From Clostridiaceae bacterium (lineage in GTDB: Bacteria; Bacillota; Clostridia; Oscillospirales; Acutalibacteraceae), in assembly GCA_016290665.1 (NCBI GenBank), contig JAEEUW010000001.1, positions 1 through 55,034 on the forward strand: a stretch of 55,034 nt of DNA, in the 5' to 3' direction. Each line of letters begins with the position of its first letter. Position 1 is the stretch's first letter. Position numbers and translations under genes: made by a program. Shown one piece after another: positions 9,053-17,938 of this stretch. Under the pieces are notes generated by a model. That model was not told where the DNA came from and did not search any database. It worked only from the letters and a program-made list of their open reading frames with translations.

Positions 9053-9889
9053 TCACAGAATCGTCAGTTCCCGCGCAATACCGTCATAGCCGCCGCCGGT
9101 AATGAACTGCGGCAGACCGGGCGCGAGTTCGCTTTCAAAGCTGAAGTGGATATGGCCGGCAAGCACTGCCTTGATCAGCGGCTGCGATTTGATGAAATCG
9201 ATGGCCTCCATTGTGGCGCCGCGCGGCCGGATCTCGATGGCCCGCCACTCGTCAACCGGCAGATCGTCCTCCTCGCAGCCCGCAAGGTAACAGCTCGTGC
9301 CGGGGCCGGAGCGCTCCACGTGATACTCATAAAGCGACCGTTCAAACAGCGGCACGTGCAGACACAGGATGATCGGCAGCCCCTTGGCAAGCTCTTTTTT
9401 GAGCCGCGTGATCTGCCAGGCCTCAAACTGATGGTAGCTGTCGTCGATGGCGACGAAGTTCACGCCGCCGACGATCCTCGAATGGAAGAACAGCGGCACC
9501 CCCAGACCCTCGGGCAGCATTTCGCGGAAGCTGTTCATTTTGTAGGCGCGGTCCTCATAGGCTTCGCCCAAATAATGGGAAAACTCATGGTTGCCCGCAG
9601 CAAAGAAAACCTTTTCCTCAGAAAGAATTGTCCGGGCGAATTCAAAATTTGCCTGCGAGGTGAAGTCGATCAGGTCGCCCGTGTGGACCATCAGATCGCA
9701 GTGCGCTTTTGCGTAGGCCAGTTGTTCCCGAAAAAGCTGTTCTCTGTTGGATGAATCGAACCGTCCGGCCAGCGCATGCTTGCGTTCGTTGTCGCGCTCA
9801 TCCACCCGCGCAATGTGCGAGTCGGTGACATGCAAAAGCGTAAGCGGGCGTTCCAGTCCGATGTGCAGTGTGTTTTTCAGCAGTTCCAT
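9053..9889 (-). CDS. Metallophosphoesterase (calcineurin-like), cytoplasmic
   Basis: 278 aa with motifs HVTDSH, GDLID, GNHEF and AGHIH. GGGAGG SD. Confidence 0.75.
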   Translation of the reverse strand: MELLKNTLHIGLERPLTLLHVTDSHIARVDERDNERKHALAGRFDSSNREQLFREQLAYAKAHCDLMVHTGDLIDFTSQANFEFARTILSEEKVFFAAGNHEFSHYLGEAYEDRAYKMNSFREMLPEGLGVPLFFHSRIVGGVNFVAIDDSYHQFEAWQITRLKKELAKGLPIILCLHVPLFERSLYEYHVERSGPGTSCYLAGCEEDDLPVDEWRAIEIRPRGATMEAIDFIKSQPLIKAVLAGHIHFSFESELAPGLPQFITGGGYDGIARELTIL

Positions 9890-9901
9890 GGCTTCCTCCC
9901 G

Positions 9902-12085
9902 TTAGATGGAAAACAGTCCGTTCTGAACAGTCAGTTCAAAGCGCGCGCAGATGTCTTCAGACGACGTACCCAGCAGCAGCGTGTGTTCGCCGTCGTGCAG
10001 ACCGAAACGCATATCCGCGTCGTAATAGCAGAATGCGTCTTTTGAAAGCCGCAGCGTGACGTCCTTCGTTTCGCCCGCCCGCAGCGCGACCCGCGCATAG
10101 CCCTTCAGCTCTTTGACCGGGCGCACAACAGCGCAGTCGTGCGAAGCGAGATAGAGCTGCGCCACCTCGGCGCCGTCGCGCCCGCCGGTATTCGTGAGCC
10201 GGAACGAGACCGCCGCGCCGTCTTCTTCAACGGAAAGCGCCGCGTCGCTGACCGCAAAGGTCGTGTAGCTCAGGCCGAAGCCGAAGGGGAACAGCGGCCT
10301 GCCGTCGTTGTCGCAATAGCCGTACCCGCGGCCGGAGGGCTTGTGGGCATAGAACAGCGGCAGCTGGCCCACGGTCTGCGGAATCGTGATCGGCAGCTTG
10401 CCGGACGGATTTGTGATTCCGAACAGAATCTCGGTCAGCGCCCGCGCGCCCTGTTCGCCGGGGTACCAGCTTTCGACCACGGCTTTCGTTTGGCCGATCC
10501 AGGCCGTCATGTCAATCGGCGCGCCGTTTTGCAAAACGACGACTGCATCGGGATCGGCGGCGCACAGGCGCAGAATGGAGCGTTCCTGGTCGTCCGTCAC
10601 ACTTTGGGCGGCGGCGTCCACGATCAGGCCGCCGTCGCTTTCGCTTGCTTTATGGACGGAGACCGACGGCAGCCGCAGATCGCTGCGGTCGCTGCCCTCC
10701 CCTTCCAGAATGGTGGTGAAATAGAAGTTGACGTCGCAGGTCGGGGCGAGCGTTTCGATTTCATCGGGCTCGCCGAAGAGCACCTCCGCTTCGCCGCCGA
10801 AGAATTCGCGCAGGGCTTCCAGCGGCGTGGGAGCGTCCTCGCCGCGCCAGGGCGCCTGATAGGGCCCGGAATAGTTGGCGCCGATCGGGATCAGCTTTGC
10901 GCTTTGGCCGAAGACGCCGACGCGTTTGACCCGGTCCTTTTGCAGCGGCAGAACGCCGTCGTTCTTGAGCAGCACGATGGCTTCGCGCGCCGCCTCGAGC
11001 GCCAGCGCTTTATGGGCCGGGCAGCGCACAAGGTCGTTCGCCGCGTCGCCGTTAGCGAACGGATCGTCAAACAGGCCGATGCGGAACTTTGCCGTCAGGA
11101 TGCGCAGAACGTTTTGATCAAGCTCCCGTTCTGTCAGATATCCCTTTTTCACCGTTTCCTTTACCGCGGCGTATTCGTTGAACGGCAAGATCACATCCAG
11201 CCCTGCTTTGAGCGCTTTCGCTGCGGCCTTCGCGTCGGAATCCACCAGCCGGTGGGCGGTGCGCAGGCCCTCCACGCCCCAGTAATCGGACACCACGAAG
11301 CCCCGAAAGCCCCAGTCGCCGCGCAGGATGTCGGTCAGCAGGCGCCTGTTCGCGCTGCAGGGCACGCCCTCCCAGCCGTTGTAGGCCGCCATGACGGACT
11401 GCGCGCCCGCGTCGAAGCAGGCTTTGAACGGCGGCAGGATCGTTTCGCGCATGGTGCGCTCGCTCGTTTCGGCATAGTTGGAATCGCGGCCGCCGAAGCC
11501 GTAGTTGTCGGCAAAATGCTTCGGTGTGGCAATCACGCCGTTTTTTGCAAGGCCGCGGCACATGGCGGCGCCCATGTCGCTTGTCAGCCTGACGTCTTCG
11601 CCGAAGGTTTCCACCGTGCGGCCCCAGCGGCAGTCGCGCGCCAGGTTGACCACCGGCGCAAACACCTGCCGCACGCCGACCGCGGCGCACTCCTTGCCGA
11701 TGGCGTCCGCCACGCGTTCCGCAAGCGCGGGATCGAACGACGACGCCAGACCGATCGGCTGCGGGAAGTTCGTGCACATGCCCCACTGGGCGCCGTGCAG
11801 CGCTTCGCCGTTTTCAATCGGCGGAATACGGTGCGGCTGCGCCTCGATGCTGGCTTTCACATCTTTGTTGATCTTTGCCGCCACCTCGGCGGGCGCGGCC
11901 GGGGTCTCGCGCTTCTGGTGCATGAAATGCCCCGGGTTGCGGTAGCTGCCGCAGAGCGGATCGCGGCGGGCGTCGTAATCGCCGTCCACGTCAAAATACA
12001 TGTCGGCCGTCACCTGCCGGATCTTTTCGTCGAGTGTCAGCTCGCGCAGCAACGCCGCCGCGCGCGCTTCGGGTGATGGAATCAT
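9902..12085 (-). CDS. GH3 beta-glucosidase-like glycoside hydrolase
   Basis: ORF 9902..12142 trimmed to ATG 12085. GH3 N- and C-domains with the nucleophile region GFRGFVVSDYWG and a fibronectin-like C-terminus. Confidence 0.88.
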   Translation of the reverse strand: MIPSPEARAAALLRELTLDEKIRQVTADMYFDVDGDYDARRDPLCGSYRNPGHFMHQKRETPAAPAEVAAKINKDVKASIEAQPHRIPPIENGEALHGAQWGMCTNFPQPIGLASSFDPALAERVADAIGKECAAVGVRQVFAPVVNLARDCRWGRTVETFGEDVRLTSDMGAAMCRGLAKNGVIATPKHFADNYGFGGRDSNYAETSERTMRETILPPFKACFDAGAQSVMAAYNGWEGVPCSANRRLLTDILRGDWGFRGFVVSDYWGVEGLRTAHRLVDSDAKAAAKALKAGLDVILPFNEYAAVKETVKKGYLTERELDQNVLRILTAKFRIGLFDDPFANGDAANDLVRCPAHKALALEAAREAIVLLKNDGVLPLQKDRVKRVGVFGQSAKLIPIGANYSGPYQAPWRGEDAPTPLEALREFFGGEAEVLFGEPDEIETLAPTCDVNFYFTTILEGEGSDRSDLRLPSVSVHKASESDGGLIVDAAAQSVTDDQERSILRLCAADPDAVVVLQNGAPIDMTAWIGQTKAVVESWYPGEQGARALTEILFGITNPSGKLPITIPQTVGQLPLFYAHKPSGRGYGYCDNDGRPLFPFGFGLSYTTFAVSDAALSVEEDGAAVSFRLTNTGGRDGAEVAQLYLASHDCAVVRPVKELKGYARVALRAGETKDVTLRLSKDAFCYYDADMRFGLHDGEHTLLLGTSSEDICARFELTVQNGLFSI

Positions 12086-12214
12086 GGCGCAGTCCCCTTT
12101 CTGTTTGCGGCAAGAGCAGGCCGAAAAGCCCCGGGCCCGCAAACCCGCGCCGCGCGGATCGTTGACCCTCCGGGCGTATCCCCGGATCCGGAAGGAGGCG
12201 CACGGCGGTCTTGC

Positions 12215-13348
12215 CTATACAATCGGCGGGTTTTTGAACACATCGCGCACGGCCTCCAGATAGCCGTAGCCCCAGACGTCGTCCGGCTCGAGATAGCTCA
12301 TTTCGGTCCACTCGTTCCACGAATTGATCGTGATGAGCGGCACGTCGTTATAGGCGTCCGCAAAGTCTTTCGCCATCTGCAGACCCTTTTTGAAGTTTTC
12401 GGGCGTGTTGTTTTTCATGATGGGCCGCGTCAGAAACAGGTGGCGCGGATTGTTGTCCCAGCCGATGGTCATGTGCGGATAATAGGGCACCTTGTAATCC
12501 CGGCGGATGCGGTCCCATTCTTTCTGTACGTCGGGCAGGATCTCGAGATAATCGCGGTCGCAGTCCACAAAATGACAGAACTGATAATGCGTCACGGAAT
12601 CAAAGCCGAGCAGCTCCACCAGGTCCTTGGTGGAGCCTTCCCGGGCGCTGTCCACGCCGCTGACGTTGACCGCGTGTTCGGCATAGATCGTCGCCTGCAG
12701 ATGCAGACCGGGGAAGCCGGCTTCTCTGGTCAGGGTGCGGAAGTGCTCCAGCGCTTCGCGCGTCTTGTCGATACCGCCGAGGCCGCGCACGAGGTTGGAC
12801 ATCTCATAGATCATGAACACCGGGCAGCCGTCGATCTTGTAATAGTTCGGCCGTTTGAAATACAGGTCGATCACGCGGCGGCAGACGCGGTCAAATTCCT
12901 CGCGCGGCTGCGAGCCGAACCAGATGATCTCGTCGAGGCCCGACTGGCGTTTATCCCAGGTGTAGCCCGCGTCGTGGTTGGCCCACATGAGATAGAACTG
13001 CATCTCTTCGTTGTTCTTTGCGCCGAGGAAGCCCTCGTCCAGACACTGCTCCAGAAACGGGCGGCGGTCATACCAGTACCAGTCATAGATGAACACGTTG
13101 ACGCCGTGGCGCAGCGCTTCTTTGATCTGAAACGCCATCACCTCGGGGTCGGCTTCGTCCACCGTGCCCCAAAGGGGCTTGCGCGGCAGGATCTGGCCCT
13201 CCACGCGCGCTTCGGCAGAAAGCACCGACTGCCATTCGCCGATCCCCTGCTCCCAGAACTGGCGGGCGCGGGGTTCTTTTCCGGTATAGGACGGCCAGAT
13301 ATAGGCCGCAACGTCATATTTTTTCATGGACAACCATTCCTTTTTCAT
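12215..13348 (-). CDS. WbsX-like (PF14307-type) TIM-barrel glycosyl hydrolase/transferase-like protein
   Basis: 377 aa. The N-terminal pattern YDVAAYIWPSY...FWEQGIGEWQSV resembles the YLPQFH...WWGxGFTEW signature of the WbsX family. ATGA overlap with the upstream stop; alternative start ATG 13327. Confidence 0.6.
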   Translation of the reverse strand: MKKEWLSMKKYDVAAYIWPSYTGKEPRARQFWEQGIGEWQSVLSAEARVEGQILPRKPLWGTVDEADPEVMAFQIKEALRHGVNVFIYDWYWYDRRPFLEQCLDEGFLGAKNNEEMQFYLMWANHDAGYTWDKRQSGLDEIIWFGSQPREEFDRVCRRVIDLYFKRPNYYKIDGCPVFMIYEMSNLVRGLGGIDKTREALEHFRTLTREAGFPGLHLQATIYAEHAVNVSGVDSAREGSTKDLVELLGFDSVTHYQFCHFVDCDRDYLEILPDVQKEWDRIRRDYKVPYYPHMTIGWDNNPRHLFLTRPIMKNNTPENFKKGLQMAKDFADAYNDVPLITINSWNEWTEMSYLEPDDVWGYGYLEAVRDVFKNPPIV

Positions 13349-15165
13349 CGCATTTCATCGCGCATGGGCTGCGCGGTTTTCAACAGGCGGGTCAGAATCG
13401 CGTCGCGTTCGGCGTCGGGCGCTTCCAGACTCTGATGGTGCGCTTCCAGCACACAGTCGCCCAGATAGCCCACGTCGCGCAGCACGGCAAGGAACGCGGT
13501 CCAGTCGATAGTGCCGTCGCCGGGGATCAGATGGCCGTCGCCGCTGCCGTCGTTATCCTGAATGTGCAGCGACATCGGCACCACGGAACACTTTCTGAGA
13601 ATCTCCGCTTCATAGCCGCTGCAGTGGGCGTGGCCGACGTCGAAGCACCAGCCGAACCAGTCGGAATTCACCTTCTTGACCAGGTCCGCAATGATGCGCG
13701 GATTCTTGGACGCGCCCCAGAGAAGGTTTTCGGAAAGCAGCACCACGCCGCATTCTTCCGCTTTGGGCAGCCACTGTTTGATCGCTTTGGCGTTGACGTC
13801 CAGAAAGCGCGCCCGGGTCTCAATGGTGCGTCCGTTCGTTTCATGCCAGATCGGGTGCACCGCCAGATAGCGCGCGCCCAGCACGGCGGCCGCCTCGATC
13901 GAACGGCCGATCACGTCGCCCGCGTCCGCTTCGCCCGGCGCGTGGGCGTGGGTATAGACGATGCCGGCTTTGTCGGCGCGGGCCCGGACGCCCTTCGCCC
14001 AATCAAGATACCCGTCGCCGAGGAAGGGGGAGTTGTCAAAGGTCCAGTAATCAAAGCCCATATCGATCCCCTCGTAGCCGAGAGCCGCCAGCCGTTCGGC
14101 CGCCGTTTCGGCCGGATAGCCGACCTCGAACACGTCGGTGGTCGTCACGATCCGCGGCTTCATGCCGATGACGGCCGAGCCTTCAAAGGAAAGATACTCT
14201 TTTTTCACGCCGAGCTCTTTCACCCAGGCGCGGGTCTCGTCCGTTTTCAGGGTGCCGCCCGTGTTTTCATAGACCCAGGACGGCGTGGGCCACAGGCAGA
14301 CCTCCGGCGCAACGGCTTCATAGAAGTTTTTGCCGACGCCGTCCTGCCCGTGGTGCGCCATCTTGCAGTAATCGCAGCGCAGCAGACCGCTGTCTGCGTA
14401 TTTTTCCACCACATAGTCGCCGGCGTTGGTTCCGGCGTCGCCGTTGAACATCACGCTTGTGCCGCCGAGGTCCATGCGCATGATCGTGGATCCCTCGTTG
14501 CAGTCGGTCCAGGCGGGGTTGAAGGTGTAGAACACGGTGAACTTCGCCGCGCCGACGTTGAATACGTCGCCCTCGTGCAGCGCGGTGGCCTTGTCGGCAA
14601 ACCGCGGCAGCAGGCGGTAATAATCGGTGAGGATCTGGACCGCCCAGTCGTCCTTGCCCTCATAGAAGGAAGCCGCGGGAAAATTGGCATAAACTTTATC
14701 AAAGCTGACTTCGCAGGCGTGGTTTTCCGCAACGTTCAGAAACACCTCGCAGTGATCGTCGTGCGCATGAGACAGGAACCACGCGTCGATGTGCGGCTTG
14801 CGGGTGCCCGTAACCGCCTTCAGGTATTCCAGAAAGTATTCCGTTTCCGTATAATGGCCGCCGTCGATCACGATCACCTTGCCGTCTTCGGTGGTAATGA
14901 TGAAGCTGTCGCCGATGGTGTTTGTCACGGACCTCAGCATATGGATCGCATTTTGGTTCATGGTATTCTTCACATGCTCCTTTCTCACTGCAAAGAATGA
15001 TTTCAGCCGGTTCCAGCGCGCGGTGATCCGGTCGATGAGCGGTTGGAAAAACGCTTTCACTTTTTCGCCGGATGCACTGACGGCGCCCGCAGTCAGCGCG
15101 GGGATCATGGCCGTGAACAGCAGCACGAACACCAAAAGGAAGCTGAGCAATTTTTTCGTTTTCAT
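13345..15165 (-). CDS. Secreted/anchored fusion protein: metallo-beta-lactamase fold domain + xylose-isomerase-like (AP-endonuclease-2) TIM-barrel domain
   Basis: 606 aa. N-terminal hydrophobic signal/anchor (LLSFLLVFVLLFTAMIPALTAGA). MBL motif SHAHDDH plus MAHHGQDG. The C-terminal roughly 270 aa carry TIM-barrel motifs (LSENL, FDVGHAH, HIQDNDGSGDGHLIPGDGTIDW). Confidence 0.7.
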   Translation of the reverse strand: MKTKKLLSFLLVFVLLFTAMIPALTAGAVSASGEKVKAFFQPLIDRITARWNRLKSFFAVRKEHVKNTMNQNAIHMLRSVTNTIGDSFIITTEDGKVIVIDGGHYTETEYFLEYLKAVTGTRKPHIDAWFLSHAHDDHCEVFLNVAENHACEVSFDKVYANFPAASFYEGKDDWAVQILTDYYRLLPRFADKATALHEGDVFNVGAAKFTVFYTFNPAWTDCNEGSTIMRMDLGGTSVMFNGDAGTNAGDYVVEKYADSGLLRCDYCKMAHHGQDGVGKNFYEAVAPEVCLWPTPSWVYENTGGTLKTDETRAWVKELGVKKEYLSFEGSAVIGMKPRIVTTTDVFEVGYPAETAAERLAALGYEGIDMGFDYWTFDNSPFLGDGYLDWAKGVRARADKAGIVYTHAHAPGEADAGDVIGRSIEAAAVLGARYLAVHPIWHETNGRTIETRARFLDVNAKAIKQWLPKAEECGVVLLSENLLWGASKNPRIIADLVKKVNSDWFGWCFDVGHAHCSGYEAEILRKCSVVPMSLHIQDNDGSGDGHLIPGDGTIDWTAFLAVLRDVGYLGDCVLEAHHQSLEAPDAERDAILTRLLKTAQPMRDEMR

Positions 15166-15471
15166 TCGGTTCTGCCCTCTTTCCTTCTAATCTTTCACGC
15201 CGGTCACGGAGAACCGTGAACGGCGAAATCGCCGACAAAGAACGGTCTTATGCTTTGATGGTTCGCAGCGCCCGGTCCGTTGCGGTGGGCTCATTGCCGA
15301 TATCATACGTGCCGGGGCCCGTCGCGCGGAAGGTCCCGCTTTCTCCGTGGCCATCGGGTTGAACCACTCGTGTTTATTTTTGCCAAACGGGTTCGGGTGA
15401 CCGGCCGTGCCGGTTCCGACGCCGCCTTTTCGGGCGGCGGGGTTTGGTTCTGTCACAAGGGGAAGACAGAC

Positions 15472-16485
15472 TCAGCCCTTCCAGAACTGGGTCACGATCC
15501 ACATGATGGGCGAAAGAATGCCGTCAAGCGGGTCCTTATAGAACGAGCGGGCTTCACCCGGGGTATCGGCAAAGAGGTTGGCGGGAACGCGGGCGGACAT
15601 GGTCTGCGGCCGGTCGATGCCGAGCGCAAACAGCGTGATGGCCGCAATATCGCGGTCGCGGGTGACCTTGTCGAGCGTGCCGCCTGGCTGAACGGTTTTG
15701 CCCGCGGCGGCAATGGTCGTGAGCGATTCGTTCAGCGAGAAGCGGCCGTGGCCGCCGGTGACCTTGTGGCCGTGGTCCGCCGTTACGAGAAACAGACTGT
15801 CCTCCAGCAAACCGTTGCGGTCGAGCGTATCATAGATCCGGCCCACATAGCCGTCCGCCGTGCGGATCGCGTCGGCATATTCCTCGGAAGCGCTGCCGTT
15901 GGCGTGGCCGGCGGCGTCCACCTCGTCAAACTGCACGAAGAAGATCGCCGGGGCGTTGCCCGCGTCAAAATAGGCGCAGATCGCGTCGCACAGGTCGGCG
16001 TCGGGCGCAACCGTCTTTTCGGTCACGCCCAGGTCGGTTTCGACCATGCCGAAGTTGACGTTGTTCCAGTTGACAAAGGAGGCAAGCTCCGCTTTCGGCA
16101 GCGCCGCGCGGGCAACGCCGAAGATCGAGGGATGCTTCGTGTCGCTCGTGCGCTGCACTTCGCCGGAGCTGCCGTTGTGGATCAGATGCTTGAAATAGGA
16201 AACGCCGGTCAGAATCGACGCCCAGTTGGGGCCGCTGTCGGAGGGCACCTCCGTGCGGACGGCATAACTCACCGCACCGTCTTTGAAGATGCGGTCGAAG
16301 TTGGGCGTATCGACATCCCGTAAGAATTGGCCGGCGCCGTCCACGCCGATGATGAAGACATGCTGATACGCCCCGAAGGACGGGCTTGCCAGCGTTTTCT
16401 TTGCGGTCGCGGGCGGCACAACGGCAGCCGCCGCAAGCGCAAGGACAAGCACGGCAACGAGCAGAACACAGATTTTTTTCTTCAT
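15472..16485 (-). CDS. Secreted alkaline-phosphatase-superfamily phosphodiesterase (nucleotide pyrophosphatase/ENPP-like)
   Basis: 337 aa with a signal peptide. Motifs IIGVDGAG, SDSGPNWASILTG, FDEVDAAGHANG and VTADHGH. GAGGAGG SD. Confidence 0.75.
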   Translation of the reverse strand: MKKKICVLLVAVLVLALAAAAVVPPATAKKTLASPSFGAYQHVFIIGVDGAGQFLRDVDTPNFDRIFKDGAVSYAVRTEVPSDSGPNWASILTGVSYFKHLIHNGSSGEVQRTSDTKHPSIFGVARAALPKAELASFVNWNNVNFGMVETDLGVTEKTVAPDADLCDAICAYFDAGNAPAIFFVQFDEVDAAGHANGSASEEYADAIRTADGYVGRIYDTLDRNGLLEDSLFLVTADHGHKVTGGHGRFSLNESLTTIAAAGKTVQPGGTLDKVTRDRDIAAITLFALGIDRPQTMSARVPANLFADTPGEARSFYKDPLDGILSPIMWIVTQFWKG

Positions 16486-16509
16486 GGGTCGTTCCTCCTC
16501 AAATCAGCC

Positions 16510-17907
16510 TTACCAGAACAGGTGCACAAAGAAATCCTTGAGATCGGCGAACCACTGCCGGATCAGAGCCAGCAGATGATCCAGGCCCTTTTTGCCCGCC
16601 ACGGTCACGGTCGTCTGCAGCGGCTCGGATTGGCCGCCGTAGGCGTTCTCCGCGGTAACGCAGAGGGTATAGGCGCCGTCGGCAAGGTTGCTGAGCGTCA
16701 GCTCGACCTCGTCCGCGCCGTCGGAGCGGTAATACTGCGCCAGCGTCCGGCCTTTTGCCACCGGCACGCCAAGCGCGTTCTTCGCGCAGATGCGATAGAG
16801 GATCACGGGCATGCCGTCTGCGGACTGCGCGAGCGGCGCCGTCACTTTCACGCCGCCTTCCGTCGGCACGGCGGTCAGCGCGGCATCCGCCACGAAGGCG
16901 GGTGCTTTGGAGGCCGCCTTGCGTTTAGCCGGTGTGAAGTCACGGTTCGCCTTGTCGGCGGGATTTTTCAGGATATATTCGCACAGCACAGTCTGCGAAA
17001 CAACGTCGATGCAGCGCAGGCGCAGGTCGTTTTGCGCGTTCACTTCAACGATCCAGCAATTTGCAACATCATAATAGTCGGAAGGATGATAGGAGCGAAG
17101 CTCGTCAACGGTGAATTCCAGGTTTTTCAGTCCGCCGGTGTTGATTGCGGTATAAGCGCCCTGCCAGACGGAGCGCGGGTCACTGGCCGGATAATGGGAA
17201 TGGCCGCAGATTTCGACCGCCTGCGGATATTGCCGCAGGATTGCGCCGAAATAGGGCACGCCCCAGCCGTCAAAGAGAAAGCTGCCATAGACGGTTTCCA
17301 CCGTCGGTTCATGGTGCATCACAAAGACGGGCTTGTTCGGGTCCTCCTTGACGGCGGCCGCGATCTGCCTGTTCAGCCAGTTGAGCTGGCCGAGGTCGTA
17401 GTGCTGGTTCTTGTCGGAGGACGCGGAAACCCCGATGAAATGATAGCCGTTCAGCACCGCGTGAAAATCGGCGCCGTTCCCGGTCAGGGCCTCGCAGGTT
17501 GCGCGGACGTCGCCGCGGCTCTGGGTATAGCCGTCGTGGTTTTTGGCCACCACGGCGAGCAGCCGCGTGCCGTCCTGCAGGCCGTCTTCCATGGCGGCCC
17601 GGAACGCGTCGAACTGTTCCGGCGTGCCGTCTTCCGTCAGGTCGCCGACCACCAGAACCGCGTCGAGCGCCGGATGGTTCGGGTCGGCCGCCGCAACGTC
17701 ATAGGCCTTGCCGAGCATGTTGGCGATCCGCTGCGTGCGCACGTCGCCCTTGCCGGTCACGTGGGTGTCGCTGGCGGCAACAAACCGCAGCACCGGCACA
17801 AAGCCATCCGCCGCGGCAGAAGCGGCAAACGGCACGGCAAAGAACACCGCCGCGCAAAGCAGCAGCGCAAGGCAAACCGCAAGCATCTTTCGCAAGCGCA
17901 AAAGCAT
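16510..17907 (-). CDS. Secreted metallophosphoesterase with C-terminal Ig-like region
   Basis: ORF 16510..17988 trimmed to ATG 17907 (GGAGGG 7 nt upstream; the longer form overlaps the upstream GH3 gene). Signal peptide present. Motifs ASDTHV, VGDLTEDG, AKNHD, MHHEP and CGHSHY. Confidence 0.75.
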   Translation of the reverse strand: MLLRLRKMLAVCLALLLCAAVFFAVPFAASAAADGFVPVLRFVAASDTHVTGKGDVRTQRIANMLGKAYDVAAADPNHPALDAVLVVGDLTEDGTPEQFDAFRAAMEDGLQDGTRLLAVVAKNHDGYTQSRGDVRATCEALTGNGADFHAVLNGYHFIGVSASSDKNQHYDLGQLNWLNRQIAAAVKEDPNKPVFVMHHEPTVETVYGSFLFDGWGVPYFGAILRQYPQAVEICGHSHYPASDPRSVWQGAYTAINTGGLKNLEFTVDELRSYHPSDYYDVANCWIVEVNAQNDLRLRCIDVVSQTVLCEYILKNPADKANRDFTPAKRKAASKAPAFVADAALTAVPTEGGVKVTAPLAQSADGMPVILYRICAKNALGVPVAKGRTLAQYYRSDGADEVELTLSNLADGAYTLCVTAENAYGGQSEPLQTTVTVAGKKGLDHLLALIRQWFADLKDFFVHLFW

Positions 17908-17938
17908 AAGGAATCCCTCCCGGGACAAATGATTCTTG

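Noticed and set aside
15187-15456. 89-aa ORF filling the 306-nt spacer
   Set aside because: It has no SD and a Pro/Arg/Gly-rich low-complexity translation. I treat the region as non-coding, reported only as a spacer of unknown role.
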